DNA from: the human T2T-CHM13v2.0 reference genome, Homo sapiens
Assembly (NCBI RefSeq): GCF_009914755.1
Contig: NC_060937.1
Direction: 5' to 3' (one strand)
DNA length: 64,000 bases
Position 1 is the stretch's first letter. Every line of letters starts with the position of its first letter. The translations under genes were made by a program, and so were the position numbers. Positions 18,790 through 32,385 of this stretch are shown here, in pieces. The notes below the pieces were generated by a model, which saw only the letters and a list, made by a program, of their open reading frames with translations, was not told the DNA's origin and did not search any database.

Positions 18790-19190
18790 AGGTTATTAAC
18801 TTATATGTATAATTAGCTAACATATATTGTGCACCTGCTATGTGCTATATAATGAATTAGCATTTGAAAGTCATCAGTAAATCAAGTAAGAAAAAAATTT
18901 ATGCCCTGTAGACCTTGCCTTCTAATAGGGGAAGATAGACAATAAACAATGAACTTAATAAATAGGTTAATTATACAGAATGTTAGGAGATAATATAGAA
19001 AGATGACAAAGAAAAATGTAGAGGGAATCCAGTAGTGCTGGCTAGAATAGGATTGACAGTATAAGGCCTGGTTGAAACAGGGATGATGAAAGAGAGACTT
19101 AATAGATGTAAGATAATTAGCCAAGGATGTGTCAAGAGGTAAAGATGTCCATGCAGAGCTAATCACCTAGCTAAAGACCCATAGCAGAAG
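18790..19190 (-). mobile_element. Degenerate L2 fragment
   Basis: GCACCTGCTATGTGC, GCCCTGTAGACCTTGCCTTCTAATAGGGGAAGATAGACAATAAAC resembles the antisense L2 3' end. Confidence 0.5.
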
Positions 19191-19244
19191 TTAATCGCCC
19201 AGGAATTTTTAAATTATTTGACATTTGAGAAATAAAACTTTTCA

Positions 19245-19369
19245 TTTTGTGTTGAGACAGAGTCTCACTATGTAGCCCAGGCTGGTCTCAAACCCCTGGC
19301 CTCCAGTGATCCTCCCAACTAAGCCTCTCAGAGCACTAGGTTAACACATGTAAGCCATCACGTCTGACC
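19245..19369 (-). mobile_element. Alu monomer (FLAM-like)
   Basis: GAGACAGAGTCTCACTATGTAGCCCAGGCTGGTCTCAAAC...GTGATCCTCCC...AGCCATCACGTCTGACC; a single monomer only. Confidence 0.85.
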
Positions 19370-20601
19370 CTAAAATATTTGATAATAAAGTAAGAAAAGG
19401 TCAGTTATGATAGTATAATAATTATATTCTTATAACTATCATATAAAATTATGTTACAATTATTTTCACCAAATCAATGCCTTAATTATGTAATTATTGC
19501 TGTTTGTTTAGTTTTACAAAAATATTCAAGGAAGGTTTGTATACTATTTAGAAATTATTTTCATAAGACACAGTCATGTAAATTACCTCAAAAATTACTG
19601 ATTTTACAAGGTCTGAGAAAATTAGAATGTACCTTATTTCTTTATACTTTGCTTATTTCAATATTAGACGACTTATACAAAGTGCTAATATTTTTTTACA
19701 GTTGAAAATGATACAGACTGTGATGCTCTCTGTATTATAGAATAATTGATCAACTTCATCATTTATTACAGGAAAAATTTTGGGATATCTAAAACCTAAG
19801 GAGAGAATATATAAAAATATTTTTTTATTCATAAATTAATTCAAACCAAATTTGCAGAACAGCAAAGTGTCTGCCATTGTATTAAGCAACTTGGTTCTTC
19901 AATTTGAAGATGTGATTAATATGACTAAAAATAATGGTTTTTAAAGTGGTAAACACATGATGTATGTTTGTGCCAGTTTAGCATTGTATATCACAGATTT
20001 TATTTTTCCATAGTCATTCAGAAGACTTCCAAAGTTTCTTATCAATTTCTTTGAAATAAAGTACATTTTCTATTCTAAAATTTATTGCATTGTATTAGTA
20101 TGGTATGAATACTTCCCAAGGTGATAAAATCAGTTTAAGGAATGAAGATCCTTAGAGCAATTGTCCTTTAGCCATTTAAATTTGGGACAGCTTCAAGGAT
20201 TCATGGGGCTTTCTTCATTTCACTGGGAGAGTGAGGCCTCAGAATTCCTTCAATCCCAAATCTTCATCTGAACTCCTGTGCTCAAGCATTCTCAAGAAAA
20301 CCTGTGGCAAGTTACATAAAAGAGAAATGCCTGCCCAAGCATTACTGCCAAGTGATTACCTTATAATCTTTTCTCCTCTACAGTGGAACTGCTTACTGAT
20401 TTTGATTCTATCAATCACTAACTCCCTGACTAGCCGGATTATTAGTTCATTTGGAATCTCAGTGCTACCTTCGATAGTTAACTACTGTGAGCCAGATTGT
20501 GCCTGCATCTCAATTCCATAGTTTAAGTTCCATGCTAAATCCCACGACTTTGTCATGACAATACTTTTTCAATGTATAAATATTGTGGCCTACTGATTTT
20601 T

Positions 20602-20638
20602 CACACACACACAGACACACACACACACACACACACAC
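20602..20638. repeat. Interrupted (CA)n microsatellite
   Basis: Read directly from the sequence. Confidence 0.95.
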
Positions 20639-21125
20639 GAAACTGGTTGATATTAAAGGCATTGTAATGATGTCTGAAGGAGTCAGAAGATGTTTAGAAA
20701 ATAAAGAATATATTATGGCCCTTATGTGACCATGTAACAATAAAACTGAGACCTTTTTCCTTACAAATCTCTATCCTTTACACATAGTGGATTTGTGTAA
20801 TCATATTTCTAAATCTTAGATTTTGTGTAATGTCACAAATCATAAAATATATACTGTATAGTGTTATGTCAGATATCATGAAAGACATACCATATTTGGA
20901 ACTAATAAACTCAGACATTTAAATGAAAACATGTAAACTTATTTTGGGGTACTGTTAATAATTATTTAATATTATTGACATGTAAGTTAATAAAAAATTC
21001 AAATTGCACACCACGGGTAGAGCAAACACTTTTTATCACATTTGTGCCAATAATTATTAAAATGCCAAGAAATAACAAAAATCAGTAATGATCAAATAAT
21101 TTTGTAAAATGCATTCAAATTCTTC

Positions 21126-24100
21126 AAAAAATGACATTGGTAGTTTGATAGGCATAGCATTGAATCTGAAAATTGCTTTGGGCAGTTTGGCCATTTTAAT
21201 AATATTAATTCTTTCAGTCAATGAACATGGAATGTTTTCTCATTTATTTGTGTCATGTCTGATTTCTTTCAGCAGTGTTTTATAGTTGTCTTTTTATAAA
21301 TCTTTCACCCTCTTGGTTGGCTGTATTTGTAGGTAATTTATTTTTTTTTGTTGCTATTGTAAATGGGATATGTTCTTGATTTAACTCTCAACCTGGCCAC
21401 TACTGTTACATAAAAATGTTACTGATTTTTGTACATTGATTTTGTATGATGAAACGTGGCTAAAATTATTTATCAGTTCTACAAGCCTTTTGGGTGGTGT
21501 CTTTAGAGTTTTTAAGTATAGAATCATATTGTCAGCAAAGGGAGAGAGTTTTTCTTCTTTTCCTATTTGGATACCTTTTATTTATTTCCCTGGAATGATG
21601 CTCTGGCTAGAACTTCCAGTACTATATTCGGTAGGAATGCTGAGAGTGGACATCCTTGCCTTTTTCCAGTTCTCAAGTCAAATAATTTCAGCTTTCACCT
21701 GTTCAGTATAATTTTGGCTATGGGTTTTTCACAGATGGCTTTTATTATTTTCAGGGTTGTTATCATGAAGGTACCTTGGATTTTATCACAAGACTTTTCT
21801 ACATCTATTGAGATGATCATATGTTTTTTGCTTTTAATCCTGTTTCTGTGGTGAATCACATTTATTGATTTGCATGTGTTAAACCAACCTTGAAAAAGCC
21901 TACTTGATATGATAGATTACCTGTTTGATGTGCTGCTGGATTTGATTGAATAGTATTTTGTTGAGGATTTTTGCATCTATGTTCACCAGGGATATCGGCC
22001 TGAGGTTTTCTTTTTCTGTCATGTTTCTGCCAGATTTTGGTATTAGGCTGATGTTGGCTTCATAGAATGAGTTAGGGAGGAGTCCCTCCTCATTGAGTTT
22101 TTGGTGTAGTTTCAGTAGGATTGTGACCAGCTCTTCTTTGGACATCTGGTAGAATCTGGCTGTGAATCTGCCTCTTCCATGGCTTTTTTTAGTTGGTGGA
22201 CTCTTTAATACTGATTTTGTTTCAGAGCTCAATATTGGTCTATTTAGGGTTTCAGTCTCTTCCTGATTCCATCTTAGCAGATTGCGTGTTTCCAGGTATT
22301 CATCCATTCCTTTAGATTTTCTGATTCATGTATATAGAGTTCATAGTATTCTCTGAGGATCATTTTTATTTCTGTGGGATCACTTGTTATGTCATCTTTG
22401 TTATTTCTGATTGCACTTATTTGGATATTCTCTTTTCTTTTCTTAATTTATCTAGTGGTCTATCAATCTTATTTATTTTTTCAAAGAACAATCTCTTGGT
22501 TTCATTGTTTTTTTGTATAAGTTTTTGCATCTCAGTTTTTTAAATTTCTTCTCTAATTTTAGCTATTTCCTTTCTTCTATTAGCCTTGCAGTTGGTTTGT
22601 TTTTACTTTCTAGTTCCTTTAGGTGGGAAGTTGAATTATTAATTTGAGATCTTTCTAACTTCTTGATAAAGGTGTTTAGAGCTATAGATTTCCTCTTAAT
22701 TTGCTGATTGCATCCCAGAGATTCTCAGAATTTGTGTCTCTATTTTCATTAATTTTAAATACTGCTTTGATTTCTGTTTGAATTTCAGTGGTCACCCAAG
22801 AGTTGTTCAGCAGCAAGTTGTTTAATTTTAATATATTTGTGTAGTTTTGAGAGATATTCTTAATATTGATTTATATTTTTATTGCATTGTGATCCATAAA
22901 TCCATAGGGAACCAAAAAAATAGCTCAAATAACCAAAATAATCCTATGTAAAAAGAATAAGGCCTGGGAAATCACATTACCTGACTTGAAACTATACTAT
23001 GAGGCTACAGTAAACAAAACAGCGAGTACTGGTACAAAAACAGACACAAGACCAATGGAACAGATTAGAAAACTAAGAAATAAAGCCTCACACCTATAAC
23101 CATCTAATCTTCAATAAGACTGATGAAAATAAGCAATGGGGAAAGGACTTCCTATTAAATAAATAATGCTCGGATAGCTGGTTAGCCATATGCAGAAGAA
23201 AGAAACTGGATCCCTATTTTTCACTGTATAGAAAAATTAACTTAAGATGAATTAAAGATTTAAATGTAAGATGTAAAACTGCAAAAGTTCTAGAGGAAAA
23301 CCTAGGAAATACCCTTCTGAAACCTACTTTGGCAAAGAATTTATGACCAAGTCGCCAAAAGCAATTGCAGCAAAAACAAAGATTGATAAGCAAGATCGAA
23401 TTAAACGAAAGAACTTCTGCTTAGCCAAAACAACAACAACAACAACAACAAATCAATAAATAAACAGATAATCTGCAGAATTCAAAAAAATGTTGGCAAG
23501 CTATGCATCCAACAAAGGCCTAATATCCAGAATTTATAGGGAACTTAAACAAATCAGCCAGCAAATTATAACCCCATTGAAAAGTGGGGAAAAAGCAAGA
23601 ACAGACATTTTTCAAAAGAAGACATATATATAGCCAATAAACTTATGAAAGAATGCTCATCATCACTAGTCATCAGAGAAATGCAAATTCAAACCACAAT
23701 GAGACACCATCTCACAGAAGTCAGAAAGGCTATTATTAAAAACTCAACAAACAACAGATGCTGGCAAGGCTGCAAAGAAAAGGAAATGCTCATACACTGT
23801 TGGTGGGAATGTAAATTAGTTCAGACCTTGTGGAAAACAGTTTGGGTATTTCTCAAAGGACTAAAAACAAAACTATCATTTGACCACAAATCCTATCACT
23901 GGGTATATACCCAAAGGAATATAGATTATTTTACCAAAACGACATGCACTTGTATGTTCAACACTACACGATTCACAATGGCAAAGACATAGAATAAACC
24001 TAGGTCTCCATCAGTGGTGGATTGGATAAACAAAATGTGATACATGTACACCATGGAATACTATGCAACCATAAAAAGGAACAAAATAATGACATATGCA

Positions 24101-24375
24101 GCAACATGAATGGATCTGGAGGCCATTATTTTAAGCAAATTAACACAAGAACAGCAAAAGAAAATTCAGCATATTCTTGCTTGTAAGCCAGAGCTAAACA
24201 TTGATCACATATGGACACAAACATGGAAGCAATAGACAGTACCAAATAATATAGTGTGGGGGGGGTTATGTGTTGAAAAAAGACCTATTGGGCTCTGTGC
24301 TCACTAGCTGGGTCCAATATACCCATGTAACTAACCATCCTATACATGTACCCCTGTATCTAAAATAGAAGTGAA
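21126..24375 (+). mobile_element. LINE-1 (about L1PA16/17) with inverted 5' segment: minus strand about 21126-22895, plus strand about 22897-24375
   Basis: Minus-strand ORF2 peptide at 21900-22307 ([17 protein letters not shown]); plus-strand ORF2 C-terminus at 23645-23992; 3' end ACATGTACCCCTGTATCTAAAATAGAAG. Confidence 0.9.
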
Positions 24376-24419
24376 AATTTTCTTTTTTACAAAGGAGACA
24401 TATAGCCACACAACATTTT

Positions 24420-24890
24420 TAACCTTATGTGAATAACCCATTATTCATAATAGCCAAAAGGTAAAAATGATCCACATGTTCATCAACAGGAGAATGGATA
24501 AAATGTGGTGTATCACTACTATGCAATACTGTTTGTCCATAAAGAGAAATGAAGTTCTGATGAATGTTAATACAGAAATGGACCTTCATCACTTTAAGTA
24601 AAAATGCCATTCACAGAAAAATATATATTACATGATTCAACATGCATGTAATATCCAGGATAAGGTAACATATACATACAGAAATTAAGTTAGTTGTTAC
24701 ATAGAGCCAGGGGTGACAGTGGTGGTGGTAAATAAAAAGTGGCAGCTAATTGCTATTTTTTTCCTTCAGGAAACTTTTAGTATTGACTGTGGAGATGGCT
24801 GCATATTCAAAAACATTAAATTGTACACTTTAAATAGGTGAATTTTGTTATATGTCAATTAAATGTTAATAAAAATTTAAAAAAGAAAGA
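24420..24890 (+). mobile_element. Old L1M (MB/MC/ME) 3' end
   Basis: TTATTCATAATAGCCAAAAG...CATCAACAGGAGAATGGATAAAATGTGG...TTGTACACTTTAAATAGGTGAATTTT, then an A-rich end. Confidence 0.75.
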
Positions 24891-25235
24891 AAAATAATCT
24901 TCACATATACTGTGAAGATTTCCAGACATAAGCTGGAAAGCACATTTTAAACTTTTAAAAATATAACACCCAAACATAAATTACCAATTGAAATTATATT
25001 ACAGAGTATACCATAATCTTACCAAATTATCAATTCTAGCACATTAGATTTGGATATTTTTGATGAAACAATTCATGTGTCTAATATTTTAAAGTAAGAC
25101 ATTTAATTTTATGTTCAAAAAGTAAACATCAATGTATAATATATTACAATATTACATGTGTTAGATAATTGTTATTTACTTTTAAAGTTTTTAAATAATA
25201 TTTTGCCTAACATTTTAGAAAACTTATTTACTAAG

Positions 25236-25598
25236 TAATATGGTTTGTCTGTGTCCCCACCCAGATCTCATCTTGAATTATAGTTCACACAGTCCCCATG
25301 TGTCATGGGAAGGACCTGGTGGGATTTGATCATGGGGGCAGTTTCCCCCTTGCTCTCATGATAGTAAGTTTTCACGAGATCTGATGGTTTTATAAGGGAT
25401 TTCCCCCTTTAATCGGTTATCATTCTTCTCCCTACTGCCAGGTGAAGAAGGACATGATGGCTTCCCCTTCTGCCATGGTTGTAAGTTTCCTGAGGCCTTC
25501 CCAGCCATGCTGAAGTGTGAGTTAATTAAACCTCTTTCTTTTATAAATTACCCAGTCTTCGGTATGTCCTTATAGCAGCGTGAGAATGATCTAATACA
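25236..25598 (+). mobile_element. THE1 (THE1C-like) MaLR solo LTR
   Basis: ATATGGTTTGTCTGTGTCCCCACCCAGATCTCATCTTGAATT...ATAAATTACCCAGTC...CTAATACA; perfect 5-bp TSD CTAAG at 25231-25235 / 25599-25603. Confidence 0.93.
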
Positions 25599-25784
25599 CT
25601 AAGAAAATACTCTTTATGGAAAGTGCCTGCAATTAACATGAAATACCAGGTTTCAACATCTACAGTAAATAAAATAATGTCGGTTTTCTTAATAACATCA
25701 AACAATAACACCAAATCTCCACTTACTGCTTTAAGAGAAAAAAGTTGAATAAAATTTAAATTATGTAATGGAGCACATAAATGA

Positions 25785-27095
25785 AACTGTAACATGGAAA
25801 GGTCAAAATATGGCCTAACATGAACAAATTGGAAATGCCCAATCTACCTTGGTTTAATGTAAAGGAAGGATGTTGCTTCATAGCCAAAGAAATGGGGGCA
25901 ATGGGCACATACTCAGGATTCACTGTTATTGCCCTGTTTCCTCACCTCCCTGTCCCAAAACAGATGGATTAGTAGAATGGTGGAATGCCTTTGTGAAGAT
26001 TCATTTATAGCACCAACTAGGTTGCAATACATATGAGCTAGGGCAAGGTTCTCCATAAAAGGCTGTGTATGCTGTGAGTCAGTGCCCAGTATGTGATACT
26101 CGTTCTCCAATAGCCAGGATTCACAGGTCCTGAAATAAACGGGTGGAAATGGGAGTGTCACCATTCACCATTTCTCCTACTGACTCACTAACAAATTTGT
26201 TGCTTCTTATTCCTGTGACTTCATGCTCTGCCAGCCTAAGAAGTCTTAGTCCCAGAGGAAGGAATGTTTCTACCAGTAGACACAATGATTCCCTTGAATT
26301 CTAAGTTAAGACTGCCACTCAGCTACTTTGGGCTTCTCTTGCTCTGAGTCAATAGACCAAGGAGGCAGTTATAGTGTTGGCTGGGATTATTGATTTTCAA
26401 TACTATGGGGAAAGTTGAACTACTATTCTACAATGGAAGTAAAGAAAGTATATCTGAAATATCAGAGGTTTCTCAGGGCTTCTCTTAGTGTTACCATCCC
26501 TAGTAATTAAGGCCAATGGAAAACTACAACCTAATCCAGGCAGGACTACAAACAGCCATGATCCTTCAGGTATAAAAGTTTGTGTAACTACATCAAGTAA
26601 GAAACCACGACCAGCTGAGCTGCTTGCTGAAGGCAAAGTGAATACAGAATGAATAGCTGAAGAAGGTGGTTATAAATTCTAGTAACAACCATATGACCAG
26701 TTACAGAAGTGAAGACTATAATTGTCACGAGTATTTTGTTCCTATGTTGTACACCCTCATGTGTGTACGTGTACATATATTAAGCAAGTATCTTTGTTTA
26801 CATTCCTATCTTATTCCCTTATCATATAACATAAAATGTATTGACTTTATTATCCCTTAATAAATATTGCTAATTTTACATCATAATATTTAAGTTATGG
26901 GATATTGTAACAGTGAACATCACTCAAGAACTTTATTTCCTCTTTGTCGGTAGGGATTAGTGCATGTTTAGTTGTACACAGAATAGTTGTATCATATTAT
27001 GTGAAATTATTACCATCCTATTTATTTTCTTTATTTGGAGATCAAGTATGGTTTAAGGAGATTCGTATAGGTGCCGAGTTTACAAAGCGTGAAGT
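25785..27095 (+). mobile_element. ERVL internal remnant (short gag piece, integrase 3' part, dUTPase region, 3' untranslated region)
   Basis: AGAATGGTGGAATGCCTTTGTGAAG, AGGCTGTGTATGCTGTGAGTCAG, ATAGCCAGGATTCACAGGTCC and AAGTTAAGACTGCCACTCAGCTACTTTGGGC resemble HERVL pol/dUT; directly abuts an MLT2 LTR. Confidence 0.8.
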
Positions 27096-27450
27096 TGTTA
27101 TTGTTCATTTTATGTGTCTACTTGACTAGGCTAAGGGATGTAAAACATTATTTCTGGATGTGTCAGTGAGGGTGTTTCTTGAAGAGAATAGTACTTGAAT
27201 GAGCAGACTGAGTAAAAATCAACCTCATCAATGTGGGCAGCATTATTCAATCCGTTGACTGCCCTGTTAGTACAAAAAGATGGATGAGAGACAAATTTTC
27301 ATTCTCCTCTCCTATGTCCACTTTTTGGATATGGACCCCTGTTACTAAATCACTGGATTTTGGCTGAATTACCATAATCACATAATCACCTGAGCCAACT
27401 TTTATGATAAATCATTTGTTATGCTTTTCTGGAGATCTCTGGTTGATACA
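27096..27450 (+). mobile_element. MLT2 LTR (3' LTR of the ERVL remnant)
   Basis: TGTTATTGTTCATTTTATGTGTCTACTTGACTAGGCTAAGGG...ATTATTTCTGGATGTGTCAGTGAGGGTGTTTC; ends TTTCTGGAGATCTCTGGTTGATACA. Confidence 0.82.
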
Positions 27451-27543
27451 CATGTCCTACGAAAGATGATCACATGTGTTTACACTATGTATAACTACAT
27501 ATATATAGTTCAACATTTATCCTCAAAATGGCTCTGTACTGGG

Positions 27544-27930
27544 TGCTATGGTTTGAATGTGTTCCCCAAAAAGCATGTGTTGGAAAGTTAATTACCACTG
27601 CAGCAGTGTTAAGAGTGGGACATTTAAGAGTTGATTAGGTCACTAAGTCTCTGACTTTATTAATAGATTAATATTGTTATTTCCTGTGTGGGTCAGTTAC
27701 TGTGGGTTCTTTATAAAGCGATAAGTTTGAATCCCTCTCTCTTTCTCTTTCTTGCCCTCTTTTTGCCCTCCACCATGGGATGATTTAGTAAGAAGGCTTT
27801 TGCCAGATGGTGCCTCCTCAGGAACCTTGAACTCCCCAGCCTCCGGATTTGTGAACCAACAAGTTATTATTTATTATAAATTATGCAGTCCCAAGTATTC
27901 TGTTATGACAGTACAAAACAGACTAAAACA
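27544..27930 (+). mobile_element. MST (MSTC/D-like) MaLR solo LTR
   Basis: TGCTATGGTTTGAATGTGTTCCCC start and AACAGACTAAAACA end; near-perfect 5-bp TSD CTGGG / CTGTG. Confidence 0.85.
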
Positions 27931-28050
27931 CTGTGCTACAAATCAAGTCTCATCAGATCACAAAGGATTGAAATAATTATTACACTATCTTGCCACAGTA
28001 AAATTAATTCAAAAATTAGACAGTACCACTCACAAATTGATGTATGTTAA

Positions 28051-28381
<331 letters not shown>

Positions 28382-29060
28382 AAAGATATGTACTTTTAAA
28401 TAATCCATAAATCAAGAAGCCATGTCAAAATTAAAAGGCATTTTGAAGTAAATGTTAATAAAGATATATCATGAAACTTAGAGAAGGTAGATAAGATGGA
28501 GTCAGGGATTTATTGCCTTATATGTGTATTTTAAATATAAGAAAGTGAAAAATCAATTATCTAAGACCCATCTCAAGGCATTAAAAAAAGAACATTAAGC
28601 AAATCAAAATGTAAGAAGATAAGAAAAAAATAGCAATAGTTGTGGCTGTTTTTTGTGTTGGAATTGGTTTCGATAAGAGACATTTATAATTGAACTAAAA
28701 AGAAAGATAAGTCATTATGCATCAACGTCAAGTCTTCAGACTTGTGGCCATCAAAACCCAGTCATGAAAGAGGTAGGGCCCAGAATTAGTCTCTGTTTTT
28801 CAATTATGTAAGTGACCATAGTAAATATGGCAGCTTCTTGGGACTAGCTTACTGATTCAATCGTTCCAGCACTTGCAATATGTTACTCAACTCAGTGTTT
28901 TGATAGTGTCCTGAGTTATAGTTTCCCGAAACATGACTTATTTTTCATGCTGCAAGTCATTCTTAGATGCAGTCCAAGAACCTGCTCTGCTGGTCTTTAC
29001 AGTATATTTGCAAAAATTAAACACTTTATTAAATCTCTTTAATGACCATAGAAATCATTG

Positions 29061-29803
29061 GGTATACACCCAGTAATGGGATTGCTGGGTCAAATGGTAT
29101 TTCTAGTTCTAGATCCCTGAGGAATTGCCACACTGACTTCCACAATGGTTGAACTAGTTTACAGTCCCACCAACAATGTAAAAGTGTTCCTATTTCTCCC
29201 CATCCTCTCCAGCACCTGTTGTTTCCTGACTTTTTAATGATCGCCATTCTAACTGGTGTGAGATGGTATCTCATTGTGGTTTCGATTTGCATTTCTCTGA
29301 TGGCCAGTGATGATGAGCATTTTTTCATGTGTCTTTTGGCTGCATAAATGTATGTTTATTGCCGCACTATTCACAATAGCAAAGACTTGGAACCAAGCCA
29401 AATGTCCAACAATGATAGACTGGATTAAGAATATGTGGCACATATACATCATGGAATACTATGTGGCCACAAAAAATGATGAGTTCATGTCCTTTGTAGG
29501 GACATGGATGAAGCTGGAAACCATCATTCTCAGCAAACTATCACAAGGACAAAAAACCAAACACCGCATGTTCTCACTCATGGGTGGGAATTGAACAATG
29601 AGAACACACGGACACAGGAAGGGGAACACACTGGGGCCTGTTGTGGGATGGGGGAAGGGGGGAGGGATAATAGTAGGAGATATGCCTAATGTTAAATGAT
29701 GATTAATGGGTGCAGCACACCAACACGGCACATGTATACATATGTAACTAACCTGCACATTGTGCACATGTGCCCTAAAACTTAAAGTATAACAAAAAAA
29801 AAA
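29061..29803 (+). mobile_element. 5'-truncated, 5'-inverted L1PA3/4-type element: minus strand 29061 to about 29350, plus strand about 29350-29803
   Basis: Opposed ORF2 C-terminal peptides (29029-29328 minus; 29307-29594 plus), 3'UTR and poly(A); TSD AGAAATCATTG at 29050-29060 / 29804-29814. Confidence 0.96.
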
Positions 29804-31364
29804 AGAAATCATTGTTTTCCTAAGAGTGTAACTAGAATCAGCAATCCTCAGTGACACACCTTGAATACATTTATTTATTCATTCATTTATTTTAAATGTA
29901 TATCATACATTTTGAAGATTTAGAATGTAAAATACAAGATATTCAGCTCTGAGAAAATCCCTCTAATTTTAAAAACATAACATTTTGTTAATTTTCTCAT
30001 TTGTATTATGTTCTATTAACATTCTGTAGGGCCAGTATTTCAGAAACACACTATAAGAAAAGCAACACTAGACAATTTATTTTATGAAACAAAGACTTAA
30101 GAGATTCATGAACATCCAGCAAAATAAATCACGTGTTCCTTTCATTAAAACTTTTGAAATTGAATTTTACTGCCACATAGATGAAAGTTATTAGAATATT
30201 AAAATAACACCACCTGATTTAAATGCATACTTTCCCTCAGGCTCCTTCTATTAAATCTTTATTGGTTTCCAACTATCAAGAAATCTGGACAGAGTTAATA
30301 TCTGACCTGAGGAAACAATATGCTCACAGAAAATAAAGTAAAATATTAATAAATTGAAATTAAAAACAACATAAAACTTTAGCTCTTGTGCAATATCTCA
30401 ACAATCCTACTGAGAATGACAAATTAAGTCATTATAGAAAATCAAACTTGTTTCTTTATGTAAGAATGTTTAAAAATATTTTCCCATAGCCAGTAGCAAT
30501 TTTCTTCAAGATCCAATTATGTATTCATTTTCAAATATTCCTCTGGAAAACTAGATAATATGAGGTATTGTTTAAGAATGTTTTATAAAGTATTTAGCAT
30601 TTCATTGTACATTTAGAGTGTGTGTCACAAATACAACTACAGAGTACCAAGAGGTAGAGTCCTACCTGTCCCCACATCTGTTTAGGCTCTAAAACTGATA
30701 TAACCAATAAAATACAGTAGGAATAATGTATCAGTTTCCCAACTCAGACCCCTGAAGGCTTCTTCTGGCTCTGTTTATTTATTCTTAAAAAACTATTTTT
30801 ACTCTGTGAAGAAACCCAAGCAGCTTTTTTGAGAGAATGATGTGGAAAGGAACAAAGTGAAGTCCTGAGTTGACTACTGTAATATTATCTCTTTGCTAGT
30901 GTACTTATTGTTACTGATAATTAAATATGAAGCATATTTTAATTGGTAAATATTTCCAGAAACATGGGTTTTAGGTATTTTTATACATAACATGTTTAAT
31001 GTTTCACAGAAACACTTACATGTAGAGATATTTATGATTTCTTGCATTATTATTTTTGGTTTTAATTTAAAGGGCTGAATGTGTTCACAATTTTTCTAGC
31101 ATTATGAAATAATAATCTGTCTACAGTAGAAATCTGAAGGATTTGTGATTATAAAGCACATATGGAGAGAGAGGAAGAAATGGCTTAGCAAGTCGTAGTG
31201 AATTAAGGCTCAAAATTATTAATAATGGTACAAATGCTAAGCAAGGAAAGGATCAGAAAAATATTAAAGTTCTACGAAGTAATATTGGTCCAAGATGCTC
31301 ATGGAAAAAATTTCACTCAATATATGGTATGTCCTCTTTACTTCTGTTTATACAATTTAGTTAA

Positions 31365-31654
<290 letters not shown>

Positions 31655-31939
31655 GTTAAAATATATTTTATAACCCAATCATGGATGGGGCAATATATTT
31701 CAAATGTTAAAGAGACACTTAATTTTATTATTTTGAAAGGAGTTAGCCAGAGAGATATATCCAGAGATTCAATAAAGAAGTTTAACAATGCCGTGGTAAT
31801 AAAAATGTTCTGAAATTTACTGTAGTGATGCTTGTACAACCATATGGATATACTAAAACCATCAATTTTTTGCACTTTAAATTTGTGAATTGTTCTACAT
31901 GAATTATATATTAGTAAGGCTATTATTTAAGCAGATGCA

Positions 31940-32385
31940 GTTACCTTTTTCTGACTGGTAGCAGAAAGGAAAACCAGAGTAGTGGTAGCATGAGAGGGAT
32001 TTAACGGTGACCATTGGCTTGAAGATGAAAGGGGGCATGTAAATGAATGCAAGTGGCCTTTCAAGGAATAAAATAGATTATGCCTGGCAGCCAGCAATGC
32101 AATGGGGACCTGAATTTAACCACTTTCATCTGACACAACTGACCATAATTAAGTCAACCATTTGAATGAAATTAAAAGAGGATTATTTCCCAAAGCCTTC
32201 AGATAAGAGCCCAGCCTGGCCAACACCTTGATTTTGGACTTGAAATATCATAAGCAGAGAATCCATTTGAATCTGCTTTGACTTGTAACTTACAGAACTA
32301 TGAAATATAAATAAACAAATAGCAAATGTGTTGTCAACTGCTAAATTTGTGGTAATTTGTTATTCACGGATAGAATAAAAATAAC
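31940..32385 (+). mobile_element. MLT1E-like MaLR LTR fragment
   Basis: GGCTTGAAGATGAAAGGGGGC, CAGATAAGAGCCCAGCCTGGCCAACACCTTGATTTT, CTGCTAAATTTGTGGTAATTTGTTA. Confidence 0.7.
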
